Counted from the first letter of the stretch, positions 18,207 through 27,994 are shown. The stretch: DNA of 42,766 nucleotides from an uncultured Desulfurococcales archaeon (GCA_964448055.1 CAYUVB010000007.1:6358-49123), one strand, 5' to 3'. Numbers and translations: made by a program. The notes: a model not told the origin generated them from the letters alone.

Positions 18207-19556
18207 ATGAACATATACGAGTTTGATCTAGATAAGGTGTTCTCAAAAGCTGAACAGCTAGGCATAAGTGAGTTAGAAATAGTATTACAAAGTCAGCGTA
18301 TACTTGACGTGGAAGCAGTTAAGGATAGTATTGAGAAAACAAGGTACACATCATCCCTAAACCTAGGCTATAGAATAATTTGTGGGAAGAGAAAGGCTAC
18401 ATATGGTGCAACAATAACGTCTATAAAAGATGCTATCAATGTATTAGAGGAAGCAGTAAAAATAGCACGTATAAGTCCCGAAGATCCTTACTGGAAAAGT
18501 CTTCCAAGGGATCTTGGAGGGAGATCAAGAGTAGAAATATATGATCATGAAACAAGTATGATGGAACCTAGCAAAGCATTAGAAATAATCTCGTCGACAA
18601 TTGATATAATAAAGGATTATAATAGGAAAAGTCATCCTATAACAGCAAGACTGGGGATGGGAGTTATAGAAACGTTGATTACTAATAATTATGGTGATAA
18701 AGCTGATAGAAAAGAAACAATAGCCTTCTACATGGTAGGTGCAAGAGCAGTAGATGCTGGTAAGGAAGGAGTATACTATGAGTACAAGTGGTGTAGAAGA
18801 CTTAAGGACATAAACTTCCAAGAATTATCGCAAAGAGCCGCAAAAAGAGCAATAGATTCATTGGAAGCTAGACAAATAGAGACTATGAAATCAGATGTAA
18901 TATTTGAAAATAAGGTATGGGCGGGAATACTATCAGCAATACTAGTGCCAGCAATATTGGCAGACAATGTACAGGAGAAGAGATCACCACTAACCGGGAA
19001 AATAGGAGAGCAAATAGCAGTTGAGAACCTAAACATCTTAGATGATCCGCATAGGCCATGGCTTTATGGTTCAAAGAATATAGATGATGAAGGAGTGGAG
19101 ACTATTACAAAGTATATATTAAAGAATGGTATTCTTGAAACATATCTATACGATCACTATACAGCTATGAGGGAGAATAAGAGATCAACAGGTAATGCCT
19201 ATAGGAATCAACCATCAAGCAATCCTAGACCTTGGCCAACGAATCTAATACTAAACCCGGGAACAGCCTCGGTAGACGAGGTAATAGAGGAAACAAAACA
19301 TGGGATACTAGTAGTAGCTACTATTGGTGAATGGCTGTCAAACCCTGTAAGCGGTCAATTAAATGCAACTATAAGTCACGGGTATCTCGTAGAAAAAGGA
19401 GAAGTAGTTAAACCTGTTAAAGGACTAGTAGTATCAGCACAGTTCTATGATGTTATAAAGAGTAAACTAGACCTAATAGCAAAAGATCAAGAATGTTATA
19501 TGAATGTTTGTAGTCCAACAATAAGAGTTAAGGAAGTAACAATAGCAGGAAAGTAA
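18207..19556 (+). CDS. pmbA: PmbA/TldE-family protease partner
   Basis: 449 aa, paralogous to TldD in layout but lacking HExxxH. It starts 3 nt after tldD. Confidence 0.8.
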   Translation: MNIYEFDLDKVFSKAEQLGISELEIVLQSQRILDVEAVKDSIEKTRYTSSLNLGYRIICGKRKATYGATITSIKDAINVLEEAVKIARISPEDPYWKSLPRDLGGRSRVEIYDHETSMMEPSKALEIISSTIDIIKDYNRKSHPITARLGMGVIETLITNNYGDKADRKETIAFYMVGARAVDAGKEGVYYEYKWCRRLKDINFQELSQRAAKRAIDSLEARQIETMKSDVIFENKVWAGILSAILVPAILADNVQEKRSPLTGKIGEQIAVENLNILDDPHRPWLYGSKNIDDEGVETITKYILKNGILETYLYDHYTAMRENKRSTGNAYRNQPSSNPRPWPTNLILNPGTASVDEVIEETKHGILVVATIGEWLSNPVSGQLNATISHGYLVEKGEVVKPVKGLVVSAQFYDVIKSKLDLIAKDQECYMNVCSPTIRVKEVTIAGK

Positions 19557-19607
19557 TCAAAAATTACCATATATTAACACCGTACTATCCTTAAGCCCTA
19601 CTATTTC

Positions 19608-20093
19608 TTATTTTTCATGGCCTATGGCAAAATAGCTGAACGCGTCTATAAACCCGTAGATGAGGCTTATAAGAATTATCGTATACAATAGTGGTGATAT
19701 ATTTATTCTACTACTTATAATAACAGTTCCTAAAGGTATAGTTCCTTCTAAAATTCCTCCATTTAGTACAGCAAATAATATGAGTGCTCCAAACATTTTA
19801 CTAAGTATTTTTATAGGTATTGATATAGGGTATTTCCTTAAAATAGATTCAGCAATACCTAATGCTAGGAAGAAACCTAGGTATACTATTATTTTGTTTA
19901 ATGGTATAGTAATAGGTATTTGTGTTATCCTAGCTAGTAATTGTGGAAGTATTTGTAGATATATAATGTAGTATATGAGACCTAAAGCAACACCATAAAC
20001 TACCTTTACGACGATGGTCTTTATTATTCTAATATCATGTTTTCCAGAGTTAATAGGTTCTACTATACTATTCAATTTATTCACCTTTAACAT
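19608..20093 (-). CDS. Integral membrane protein of unknown function
   Basis: 161 aa with 4-5 hydrophobic spans. It is the last gene of three overlapping genes. Confidence 0.5.
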   Translation of the reverse strand: MLKVNKLNSIVEPINSGKHDIRIIKTIVVKVVYGVALGLIYYIIYLQILPQLLARITQIPITIPLNKIIVYLGFFLALGIAESILRKYPISIPIKILSKMFGALILFAVLNGGILEGTIPLGTVIISSRINISPLLYTIILISLIYGFIDAFSYFAIGHEK

Positions 20094-20463
20094 GTATTTC
20101 CATTGGATATATACCTGCTATCTTAAAGTACATGTAAATCTCTTTGGAAAGATCTCGAATATCTGAGAAATTAACATTAACCTCCTTTTCATATACACCC
20201 TTCTTAACTATACCAAAGTATAGTTCTTCTCCTAATAGTATTATCTTAAAGTCTGTTAAAGGTACCGTACCATTATATATCAATTCTACTCTCAACACAA
20301 CGTGTTGGTGATCTTCTGTGTATCCTATTTGTTCTACTCTTAGTTGTGGCGATTTCTCAGGGTTAGTGATTATCTCAGTGAAGAATATAACTAAGGGTGA
20401 AGCAAGTGCTAGTATTATTAATGTACCTATTGTGATGACTCCGATTTTGAGGGGGATGAACAC
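20077..20463 (-). CDS. Membrane-anchored protein of unknown function
   Basis: 128 aa with one N-terminal TM segment followed by a beta-rich soluble domain. It overlaps both neighbours. Confidence 0.5.
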   Translation of the reverse strand: MFIPLKIGVITIGTLIILALASPLVIFFTEIITNPEKSPQLRVEQIGYTEDHQHVVLRVELIYNGTVPLTDFKIILLGEELYFGIVKKGVYEKEVNVNFSDIRDLSKEIYMYFKIAGIYPMEIHVKGE

Positions 20464-20750
20464 TTAGTTGCACCCTTAACTATTCTCTGATTTTCTAGGG
20501 TTGCATGTATTCCGTGTTTTAGCAGTATTCCACCACCCCAGATGATAACCCCTAGGAATCCTAGCTTCAGTACTAGGTTTACTAGTTCATATGCAGTATT
20601 TGTAATAGCCTCATCGAGTGATGTGGCTTTAGGAAGTACGGGCCTGTATTCTTGATAAGCATTATACGCCAGGTAAACACCAGATACTATGATTACCAAT
20701 CCTATAATAACTAATACTAAACCAATCGTACCAGGGCTAAATACAGTCAT
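20427..20750 (-). CDS. Small membrane protein (2 TM segments) of unknown function
   Basis: 107 aa with two hydrophobic spans. It is the first gene of the trio. Confidence 0.5.
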   Translation of the reverse strand: MTVFSPGTIGLVLVIIGLVIIVSGVYLAYNAYQEYRPVLPKATSLDEAITNTAYELVNLVLKLGFLGVIIWGGGILLKHGIHATLENQRIVKGATKCSSPSKSESSQ

Positions 20751-20881
20751 GCTTCTATCCCCAGGATCATATTATTGAAACTACGTAGATTAGAGGTTAT
20801 ACCTATGCTATATAAATCTCTATCAATAAATAATTGTAAACTGTATGCTAAACAAGTAGTTGAAATGAATCATAGCGTATC

Positions 20882-22225
20882 CTACCATAGTGTAGCGTAA
20901 TAGTAGTACTCCATTGGTGTAGGATTGTATTCTACTTGTATTATTTCTTTCCTTTTAAGCTCTATGTATTTTTCTATTAGTTGTTTGCTAAATATGGGTT
21001 TAAGGTATTCATTATCTATTTCTAGGTAATCTAGTGCTTCCGATAAGTTTCTTGGCAACTGCTTTATACCATACTCTCTTAGCTTATCCTTACTCCATTT
21101 GTATACGTTTTCTCTAACAGGCGGTGGTGGCTCAATCTTCTTCTTTACACCATCTAATCCCGCTAGGATTATAGCTGATAATGCTAAGTAGGGGTTTGCC
21201 GTTGGATCAGGTGGTCTATACTCTATTCTCACGTGGGCTGGATTATTTACAGCTGGCACTCTTATTGCTACACTACGATTCTTAGGACCCCATGTCAAGT
21301 ATATCGGTGCTTCATAACCTGGTACTAGTCTCTTGTAACTATTAGTTGTTGGTGATACTATTGCTGATAAGCTTTGTCCATGCTCTATGAGCCCACCTAT
21401 GAAGTATCTTGCTAACTGGCTTAGCCCGAATTTATTGTTTGGATCATAGAAGAGGTTTCTTCCATTATCCCATAAACTTACATGTACATGCATCCCGCTT
21501 CCATTATCTCCTGGTATTGGTTTTGGTAGAAATACAGCCTTTAATCCATGTTTATTAGCTATGGTTTTAGCAGTCTTCTTCAATATTTGTATATAGTCTC
21601 CTAGCTTGGTTGGAGGGTATGCTCCCGAAGATATTTCCACTTGTCCATTGCTTGCAACTTCGTGGTGGGTTTTATTTGAGATATAACCTTGTATCTCTAA
21701 TGCTTCTATTATTTCTCTTCTAATCCATCCAAGTGTATCTAATGGTTCTGGTACATGATATGCTTTCTTTGCTGGTAACCCTAACCTAAAGCCGTGTGCA
21801 GTTTCACTTGAATCTATTTCTAGGTATTGCTTTATTGGATCGATATGTACTCTAACATCATTAAATAGGAAGAATTCTACTTCAACACCCATAACTGGTT
21901 TATAACCTATACTTTCCATGTATTCGTTTGTTCTCTCTGCAACAAATCTAGGGTCAAATGGGTGTCGTTTTCCATCTGGATAGTATATTCTGGATAAGGC
22001 TAAGTATACTTTTTGATCCCATGGGCTCTTGGTTAGTGTTTCACCTATAGGCTTTAACTTTAAGTCACTATTCTCTATTTCGCCTAAGCCGTAAACACTT
22101 GATCCATCGATAAATACTTCTATACTCTCTACACCAGGATTATGTGGTATGGACCTTGTTACCTGTGTTATTGAACGTAGTACTCCTAGTAGATCTGTAT
22201 AGTGTAGTTGTAGGTAAACGGTCAA
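20882..22225 (-). CDS. glnA: Glutamine synthetase type I
   Basis: 447 aa. It has the N-terminal beta-grasp segment LQLHYTDLLG, and the GDNGSGMHVHVSLW and NSYKRLVPGYEAP motifs. The TTG start is preceded by GGAGAGGT at about 8 nt. Confidence 0.92.
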   Translation of the reverse strand: MTVYLQLHYTDLLGVLRSITQVTRSIPHNPGVESIEVFIDGSSVYGLGEIENSDLKLKPIGETLTKSPWDQKVYLALSRIYYPDGKRHPFDPRFVAERTNEYMESIGYKPVMGVEVEFFLFNDVRVHIDPIKQYLEIDSSETAHGFRLGLPAKKAYHVPEPLDTLGWIRREIIEALEIQGYISNKTHHEVASNGQVEISSGAYPPTKLGDYIQILKKTAKTIANKHGLKAVFLPKPIPGDNGSGMHVHVSLWDNGRNLFYDPNNKFGLSQLARYFIGGLIEHGQSLSAIVSPTTNSYKRLVPGYEAPIYLTWGPKNRSVAIRVPAVNNPAHVRIEYRPPDPTANPYLALSAIILAGLDGVKKKIEPPPPVRENVYKWSKDKLREYGIKQLPRNLSEALDYLEIDNEYLKPIFSKQLIEKYIELKRKEIIQVEYNPTPMEYYYYATLW

Positions 22226-22368
22226 ATATGTATACCTCTCCTAACCATTTCTGTACATTGTAACTGAGAATGTATATGCATAACGGACAAGTTAATATAT
22301 AGGGGTGGTCTAGAAACCTTACAAGTGTCCAGTACATTAAGTAGACTATGTATTAGTGAGGTGTACAT

Positions 22369-22821
22369 TTGTTGGAAAGTATAGATGATGTTGATAAGAA
22401 GATACTAGAGATCTTGCGCACAGATGCACGTGTTAGTATTCGTGAAATAGCACGTAAGATAGGTTCATCGCATTCAACAATTTACGACCGTATACGTAAG
22501 CTTGAACGTAAAGGCATAATTTCTGGTTACACAATTAGGATAGATTATAAGAAATTAGGCTACCAGATAACAGCGTTAATCTTGGTAAATGTTGATGGGA
22601 GACGTATAATTGAAGTAGAGAAATGGCTTGCACAAGAACCAAATGTATTAGCTGTATACGACATCACAGGTGAACATGATATAGCTGTAATCGCATCATT
22701 TAAAACAATAGATGAATTAGACTCTTTCATTAAAAACGTGTTAAGGAACCCATATGTAAAACAAACTAGAACAAGTATAGTATTTCGTAAAGTGAAAGAG
22801 GAGATACACCTACCATTATAG
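22369..22821 (+). CDS. lrp: Lrp/AsnC-family transcriptional regulator
   Basis: 150 aa with an N-terminal HTH (DKKILEILRTDARVSIREIARKIGSSHSTIYDRIRKLE) and a C-terminal RAM/AsnC domain. It is divergent from glnA. Confidence 0.87.
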   Translation: MLESIDDVDKKILEILRTDARVSIREIARKIGSSHSTIYDRIRKLERKGIISGYTIRIDYKKLGYQITALILVNVDGRRIIEVEKWLAQEPNVLAVYDITGEHDIAVIASFKTIDELDSFIKNVLRNPYVKQTRTSIVFRKVKEEIHLPL

Positions 22822-22892
22822 AGGCTAATTACTTAATAATCCATTGATACAATAAATAGGTCTACTGCTAAAGTATATTACTGGCTGATAAC

Positions 22893-23390
22893 ATGATCCT
22901 TGAAGAAGAATTAATTAGAAAAGGTATTTTAAATGTTGCCGAACTAATGGCAATAGCCGCTAAAACAGCTCCAAAAGCAAGAGGCATAGATAACATCATT
23001 ATAAAGGTTCTTGACAAGAAGGAGGAACTTGAAGAATTAGCTAAAACAATGGAAGAAATGGCTTCAGAGTATGGTAGCTTCTTAGCTAGAGATGCTAAGA
23101 ATGTAAGGGATTCCGACGTAGTAGTACTTATAGGTGCAAGGGTTATAGATTTAGGGCTTAAGACTCCACCTCACTATAAAGTTGATTTAAATACAGTTAT
23201 GGCTCTCGTAAATCTAGGTATAGCTTTAGGGTCAGCTGTAAAAATAGCATCAATGCTAAATGTCGATAATAGGATTATGTACTCAATAGGTATAGCAGCA
23301 CAAAAGATGAATATAATTGAAGCAGATTACGTCTTAGGAATACCTTTGTCTGCCAAAGCTAAAAACATATATTTCGATAGAAAAACCTAA
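22893..23390 (+). CDS. Conserved hypothetical protein, possibly DUF2148-like
   Basis: 165 aa. The TAPKARGIDN segment resembles the DUF2148/COG4739 family as I remember it. The assignment is tentative. Confidence 0.45.
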   Translation: MILEEELIRKGILNVAELMAIAAKTAPKARGIDNIIIKVLDKKEELEELAKTMEEMASEYGSFLARDAKNVRDSDVVVLIGARVIDLGLKTPPHYKVDLNTVMALVNLGIALGSAVKIASMLNVDNRIMYSIGIAAQKMNIIEADYVLGIPLSAKAKNIYFDRKT

Positions 23391-23398
23391 TCACGTTA

Positions 23399-23764
23399 CT
23401 AGCATGTTAAATGTAGGAATGCAAGTACTTTCTTACCCTCCTTAACGAGTCTATTATAAATATTTACTGCATTTCTTGTACGCTCAACATACACCTCCTT
23501 TCCACGCTTCTTGAATTCGTCTATTACATCACTATCTACACGCATAAGCCCATTATAACCTGTACCAATTATAACAGCATCAACATCTTCCAATAAATAA
23601 TCCCTTACATCTGGTATCTGAAGCCGGTGTCCTTCAAGTCTCCACCAATTTGACACTACACGTTTCGGTGTAATGACTACATCGTGATTATATTCCCTGC
23701 CTCCAATAACTATATATCCAAAGTCATAGTACTCGATTAATGGTTGAGGCATTCTTACCTCCAA
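23399..23764 (-). CDS. Mth938-like (DUF498) domain protein
   Basis: 121 aa. FGYIVIGGREYNHDVVI, AVIIGTGYNG and the T..A...YN..V.EG pattern match the Mth938 fold family. Confidence 0.6.
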   Translation of the reverse strand: MEVRMPQPLIEYYDFGYIVIGGREYNHDVVITPKRVVSNWWRLEGHRLQIPDVRDYLLEDVDAVIIGTGYNGLMRVDSDVIDEFKKRGKEVYVERTRNAVNIYNRLVKEGKKVLAFLHLTC

Positions 23765-24010
23765 ATAGTAGATACTACTAAGAAGGTATAAGATAAGCTT
23801 TTACAGTTCAGTAAGGTATAGATCTCGATATTTAATAGATTCATATTGAAGTGTTTTTGCCAGTTATGAAAGGAATACAGAAAATTTACTTTTATTAGGA
23901 TTCAGATGCTTAAAATAAAGTAGTTAAAGGCTGCTGGAGGCTATGTTATTATGAGTATAGAGTATGCTGAGCTACTGCTTAGTCGTGCCAAGAGATACCT
24001 GGAATAGGCT

Positions 24011-24364
24011 ATGAGTAACCTAGTTAGCAATAGGTTTGATGTAGCTATAGTTGAAGCTGAAATAGCTACTCAGTTGGCTCTAAAAGCCTTCATAGTTAAG
24101 TTAGGGTTCGAGCCTCCACGTACACATATGATTAGGCAATTACTCTCATTTATAATAGATAACAAGCTTTTACCAGATGAAGTATTGGAGGATATAAAGA
24201 ATTTCATTAAACGTAATCGTGAGAAGCTTATAATAGTTGAAAGGGCGAGAATAGTAGGTCGGTATGGAGCATCAAGTATTGACTATGATGAAGCAGAGAT
24301 TACCGTTAACAGCGCGAAGGAGGTCTTAAATATTGTCGAGAAACTTTGGAGAATGGTTGTCTAG
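24011..24364 (+). CDS. HEPN-domain protein, N-terminally truncated by an in-frame TAG (possibly a pseudogene)
   Basis: It has the HEPN helical pattern (ATQLALKAFIVKLGFEPPRTHMIRQL) and is paired with an MNT gene. The first HEPN helix (MSIEYAELLLSRAKRYLE) is encoded in frame at 23951-24004 and is separated only by the TAG at 24005-24007. Confidence 0.75.
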   Translation: MSNLVSNRFDVAIVEAEIATQLALKAFIVKLGFEPPRTHMIRQLLSFIIDNKLLPDEVLEDIKNFIKRNREKLIIVERARIVGRYGASSIDYDEAEITVNSAKEVLNIVEKLWRMVV

Positions 24365-24683
24365 GAAACTATATGTACTAAAAAATTGGTATAATATAGT
24401 AAGTGATGTTGCTAGTATTTTAAAGAAAACTATACCTAATATAGAAGTCTATGTATTTGGTAGTGTTATTGAAAATAGGGTTACAGGAGCAAGTGATGTG
24501 GACATATTAGTGGTTATCCCTGAAGATTATGATGAATTCAAGACCTACCTAGTGTTATCTAAGGCATTAGAGGATAAGTTAGGTAGTACTGCTTACACAA
24601 TTGACCTACATGTTATCCATAGAAGCAGGTTAACTATGCCACCGTATAAGTGGTGGCTTAAGAAATCCCGTAGAATACTCTGA
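24333..24683 (+). CDS. Minimal nucleotidyltransferase (MNT, NTP_transf_2), partner of HEPN
   Basis: The GSVIENRVTGASDVDILVV (GS...DxD) motif is present. The gene overlaps the HEPN gene. The exact start is uncertain because several in-frame TTG codons occur. Confidence 0.8.
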   Translation: MSRNFGEWLSRKLYVLKNWYNIVSDVASILKKTIPNIEVYVFGSVIENRVTGASDVDILVVIPEDYDEFKTYLVLSKALEDKLGSTAYTIDLHVIHRSRLTMPPYKWWLKKSRRIL

Positions 24684-24691
24684 ATACTAGC

Positions 24692-25531
24692 TCATGCTTT
24701 TACACCTGTATAGGCTAATCCTCTTATAACGTATTTCTGTACATAGAATGTTAGGGCTAGTACCGGTAACATTGAGAGCATTCCTGACCCTGCCAACCTG
24801 CCCCAGTCTATAGTGAATTCCTGAATGTAGTTTGCTACAATTACAGTTACGGTGTATTTTTCAGGTGAGTTTATGAATATTAACGCATAGAGGAACTCGT
24901 TCCACGACATTATCATTGATAGTATGAGTACTGTTACTAGCCCTGGAGCCATAGCTGGTAAGATAACCCTCAATAATGCCTGTAGTCTTGTTGCTCCATC
25001 AACAAGTGCTGCCCACTCTATGTCTCGTGGAACAGCCGCAAAGAAGCTATGAAGTAGCCATATGGTATACGGTAGAGTATAGACCTGGTATGCTATTATT
25101 AGCCCTAGCCTTGTATCCAATAATCCAAAGCTTCTAAGTATGGTGAATAATGGTATTGCTATAGTTATTGGTGGTATCATCCTTATTACTAGCACCCATA
25201 CAAGGAATATGTTTCCAAATTTACCTGGTAGCCCTATTCTCGCTAGGGCATAGGCTGCAAGTGAACCTAATAGTAATGATAATGTTGCTGCCCCGCTCGA
25301 TACTATTAGGCTATTCAGTATGTAGATATAGAATCTATCCTTAGTTAATAGTTTAACATAGTTTTCTAGCGTAGGATGTAGTGGTATAGGCGTTGGAGGC
25401 CATAACAATACTTCCCAGCTCTGTTTAAACGATGTAACTATTATCCAATACAATGGGAATATAGTCCATGCTAACGCTAATACAACTGCTACCACGTGTA
25501 GTATTCTTCCTATCTTAGAAGTAGTCCTCAT
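24692..25531 (-). CDS. Carbohydrate ABC transporter permease (MalG-like)
   Basis: 279 aa with 6 TM segments and an EAA-loop region (AALVDGATRLQALLRVILP). Confidence 0.85.
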   Translation of the reverse strand: MRTTSKIGRILHVVAVVLALAWTIFPLYWIIVTSFKQSWEVLLWPPTPIPLHPTLENYVKLLTKDRFYIYILNSLIVSSGAATLSLLLGSLAAYALARIGLPGKFGNIFLVWVLVIRMIPPITIAIPLFTILRSFGLLDTRLGLIIAYQVYTLPYTIWLLHSFFAAVPRDIEWAALVDGATRLQALLRVILPAMAPGLVTVLILSMIMSWNEFLYALIFINSPEKYTVTVIVANYIQEFTIDWGRLAGSGMLSMLPVLALTFYVQKYVIRGLAYTGVKA

Positions 25532-25533
25532 AT

Positions 25534-26400
25534 CTATTCACCTCTTCTAGTTATCTTCAAATACGCTATGATTATGACTAGAACTGTTACGAGCATTATC
25601 ACTGCTTGTGATGCAGCATATCCAAACTCATAGTATCTAAAGGCGTTCTTGTATATTATGAATGATAATACCTCGGTAGCATTACCTGGCCCACCACCAG
25701 TTAATGCAAAAACTTTATCGAATATTCTGAACGTGTCTATTATTCTAAGCATTGCAACTACTAGTATGTGTCGTTTAATTAATGGCAAGATTATGTATCT
25801 CGTTATCTGTGGTAGTGATGCTCCATCAACTAATGCAGCATTTATTATACTTGGTGGGATGGATTGTATACCCGCGTAGATTACAAGGAATGCAAACGGG
25901 GTATACTGCCATACATCTACTATTATAACTGATAGCATAGCCGTATGTACATCTCCAAGCCAATTAACTGGAGGTAATCCAGCTAGTTTTAGTAATGCAT
26001 TTATTACTCCGAACTCGGTATGGTACATTATTCTCCAAAATGAGGATATTACTATTGTTGGAAGCATCATGGGCATTACTATTAATGGTACTAGCTTATT
26101 CTTACCACGAAATTCTATGGAGAATACTATAGCTAATAGTAGGCCTAAGAGCACTTCTAAAGTTGTAGCACCTATAACGAATTGCAATGTGTTTATAAAT
26201 GCTGTACGGAAAAGATCATCACTGAAAGTATTGATATAGTTCTGTAACCCTAAGTATATGAGCTTGAAACCTGCAAGAACATCTACTTTATGTAATGATA
26301 AGAATATAACATCTATCATAGGATACGCAGTCAGTATCAATAGTATAAATAGTGCAGGTGCAATGAATACTAAACCTATATGTTCATCCCTTATCTTCAT
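25534..26400 (-). CDS. Carbohydrate ABC transporter permease (MalF-like)
   Basis: 288 aa with 6 TM segments and an EAA loop (AALVDGASLPQITRYIILP). It ends 3 nt before the next permease gene. Confidence 0.85.
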   Translation of the reverse strand: MKIRDEHIGLVFIAPALFILLILTAYPMIDVIFLSLHKVDVLAGFKLIYLGLQNYINTFSDDLFRTAFINTLQFVIGATTLEVLLGLLLAIVFSIEFRGKNKLVPLIVMPMMLPTIVISSFWRIMYHTEFGVINALLKLAGLPPVNWLGDVHTAMLSVIIVDVWQYTPFAFLVIYAGIQSIPPSIINAALVDGASLPQITRYIILPLIKRHILVVAMLRIIDTFRIFDKVFALTGGGPGNATEVLSFIIYKNAFRYYEFGYAASQAVIMLVTVLVIIIAYLKITRRGE

Positions 26401-26562
26401 AACGCCAGCACCATATCATAGACCAATTCATTGGTCTATGATTACGCCTAGTCTAGGGATAATTATTCGATACCGTAAACATAAGTTAAACATACTAGTA
26501 GGTGTTGGATAGGGAAAAAGATATATTAAATTAATTGGTGGTTTAAGTGTTTTCTATTATAT

Positions 26563-27849
26563 TTAGCCTCCGAGTACTTTCTCTAATTCTTCTTGTGCTT
26601 TCTTTAATGCTTCTTCTGGTGATAGTGCTCCTGTTAGTGCTTGATGTATGTAGTTTGCTAGTATGTCTTCTACCTTACTCCATTGTGGTAGTCTTGGCCT
26701 TGGCTGTGCATTCTTTAGTGCTTCTAATTGTACTGGATACCATGGATACTTTGCTTTTACCTCATCATCTAGGTATACGCTTGCTCGTGTTGGTGGTACT
26801 CCTGCTTCTAATGCTAGCTTCTTCTGCATATCCTTGCTTAGTACGAATAATATGAAGTCTAGTGCTAAGTCTTTGTTCTTAGAGGTTACTGGGATTCCTA
26901 GTAGCCATGCACCAATCATTGGCTTTGCTCCAGGTGTTGTTGTCACTGCTACTTTTCCTGCAACCTTAGATTTCTCAGGATCCTCGAGAGCAGGTACCCA
27001 TGCAGGCCATACTATGCTCATTGCTGTTTGCCCGTTGTATAATGCTGCCTTGATTTCAGGTGAATCATAATTCTCTACTCCAGGTGGAGCATACTTCTTT
27101 AGCTCTAAGAATGTCTTTAAAGCCTTGATTGCTGCATCACTATATACTGTTGGTTTGCCTGTCTCATCCACTATTCTTGCACCATAACCCCAGAATATTG
27201 GTAAGAAGTTCGTTACCACGGGGTTCCCTTTCTTACCTCTAATAACGTAGCCGTAGACCTTACCTCCTTCGCCTTCATATATTGTCTTAGCAGCCTTTAG
27301 CACATCATCCCATGTTTTTGGTTCAGGTAATCCGTACTTCTCGAATAAGTCTTTTCTATAGACGAATAATTGTACATTGCCTACATAGGGCAAAGCGTAG
27401 AGCTTGCCCTTATACTTACATACCTCTATGGTTGTTGGTATAAAGTCTGGGTCTATTGATATACCTTTAGCTTCAAGCATTTTGCCTATATCTTCTAAGA
27501 AGCCTTGTGATGCAAACTCAGCCAACCATGGATCATCCATCATTACTACATCATATGCACCGGTTTTCTCAATCATTTCTGTTGCAAGCTTATCGTGAAG
27601 CTCCTTGTATCCAAGCTCTTGTACTACTACTTCTACGCCTTTCTGTTTCTGGTATTCTTCAGCAGCAATTTTCAATCCCTCAGCATATGTACCACTACGT
27701 GCAAGTACTACTAACTTCTTTGGAACAGCTTGTTGTTGAGCATAATAGGCCCATACACCGGCTATAACGATTATTATTACAACTATAGCTATAGTTATAA
27801 GGGTTATTTTAGATAACCCCATTCTAAGAGAATTCATGTTCTCAGCCAT
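26563..27849 (-). CDS. Extracellular solute-binding protein (family 1, sugar type) with an N-terminal membrane anchor
   Basis: 428 aa with an N-terminal TM segment followed by a typical SBP sequence (DVVMMDDPWLAEF, PYVGNVQLFVYRKDLF). Confidence 0.85.
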   Translation of the reverse strand: MAENMNSLRMGLSKITLITIAIVVIIIVIAGVWAYYAQQQAVPKKLVVLARSGTYAEGLKIAAEEYQKQKGVEVVVQELGYKELHDKLATEMIEKTGAYDVVMMDDPWLAEFASQGFLEDIGKMLEAKGISIDPDFIPTTIEVCKYKGKLYALPYVGNVQLFVYRKDLFEKYGLPEPKTWDDVLKAAKTIYEGEGGKVYGYVIRGKKGNPVVTNFLPIFWGYGARIVDETGKPTVYSDAAIKALKTFLELKKYAPPGVENYDSPEIKAALYNGQTAMSIVWPAWVPALEDPEKSKVAGKVAVTTTPGAKPMIGAWLLGIPVTSKNKDLALDFILFVLSKDMQKKLALEAGVPPTRASVYLDDEVKAKYPWYPVQLEALKNAQPRPRLPQWSKVEDILANYIHQALTGALSPEEALKKAQEELEKVLGG

Positions 27850-27994
27850 GGTGTAAAATTCACTAGTAAAACTATAATTATTCTACTAGCTAATAAGCAT
27901 ACTAGTTAATACTTATAATGAAAAGTTTTAAGTAGCTGAATTTTGGAATGCTATAGAAAATAGTTTGCATTCCGAGAGGTCTTCATTATCTTTC

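Noticed and set aside
22140-22337. A frameshifted N-terminal extension of glnA (the 65-aa ORF in another frame)
   Set aside because: The glnA frame is closed by a TAG just upstream. TTG 22225 is preceded by a GGAGAGGT Shine-Dalgarno-like sequence at suitable spacing. The alternative-frame peptide shows no GS-like sequence.
24005-24007. The TAG in the HEPN gene as pyrrolysine or other recoding
   Set aside because: Pyrrolysine machinery is known from methanogens and a few bacteria, not Crenarchaeota. No supporting element is visible. A nonsense mutation with downstream re-initiation is simpler.
24692-27849. Absence of an ATPase gene in the sugar ABC importer operon as an anomaly
   Set aside because: Carbohydrate ABC importers commonly share an ATPase encoded elsewhere (MsiK/MalK-like), so this is not unusual.
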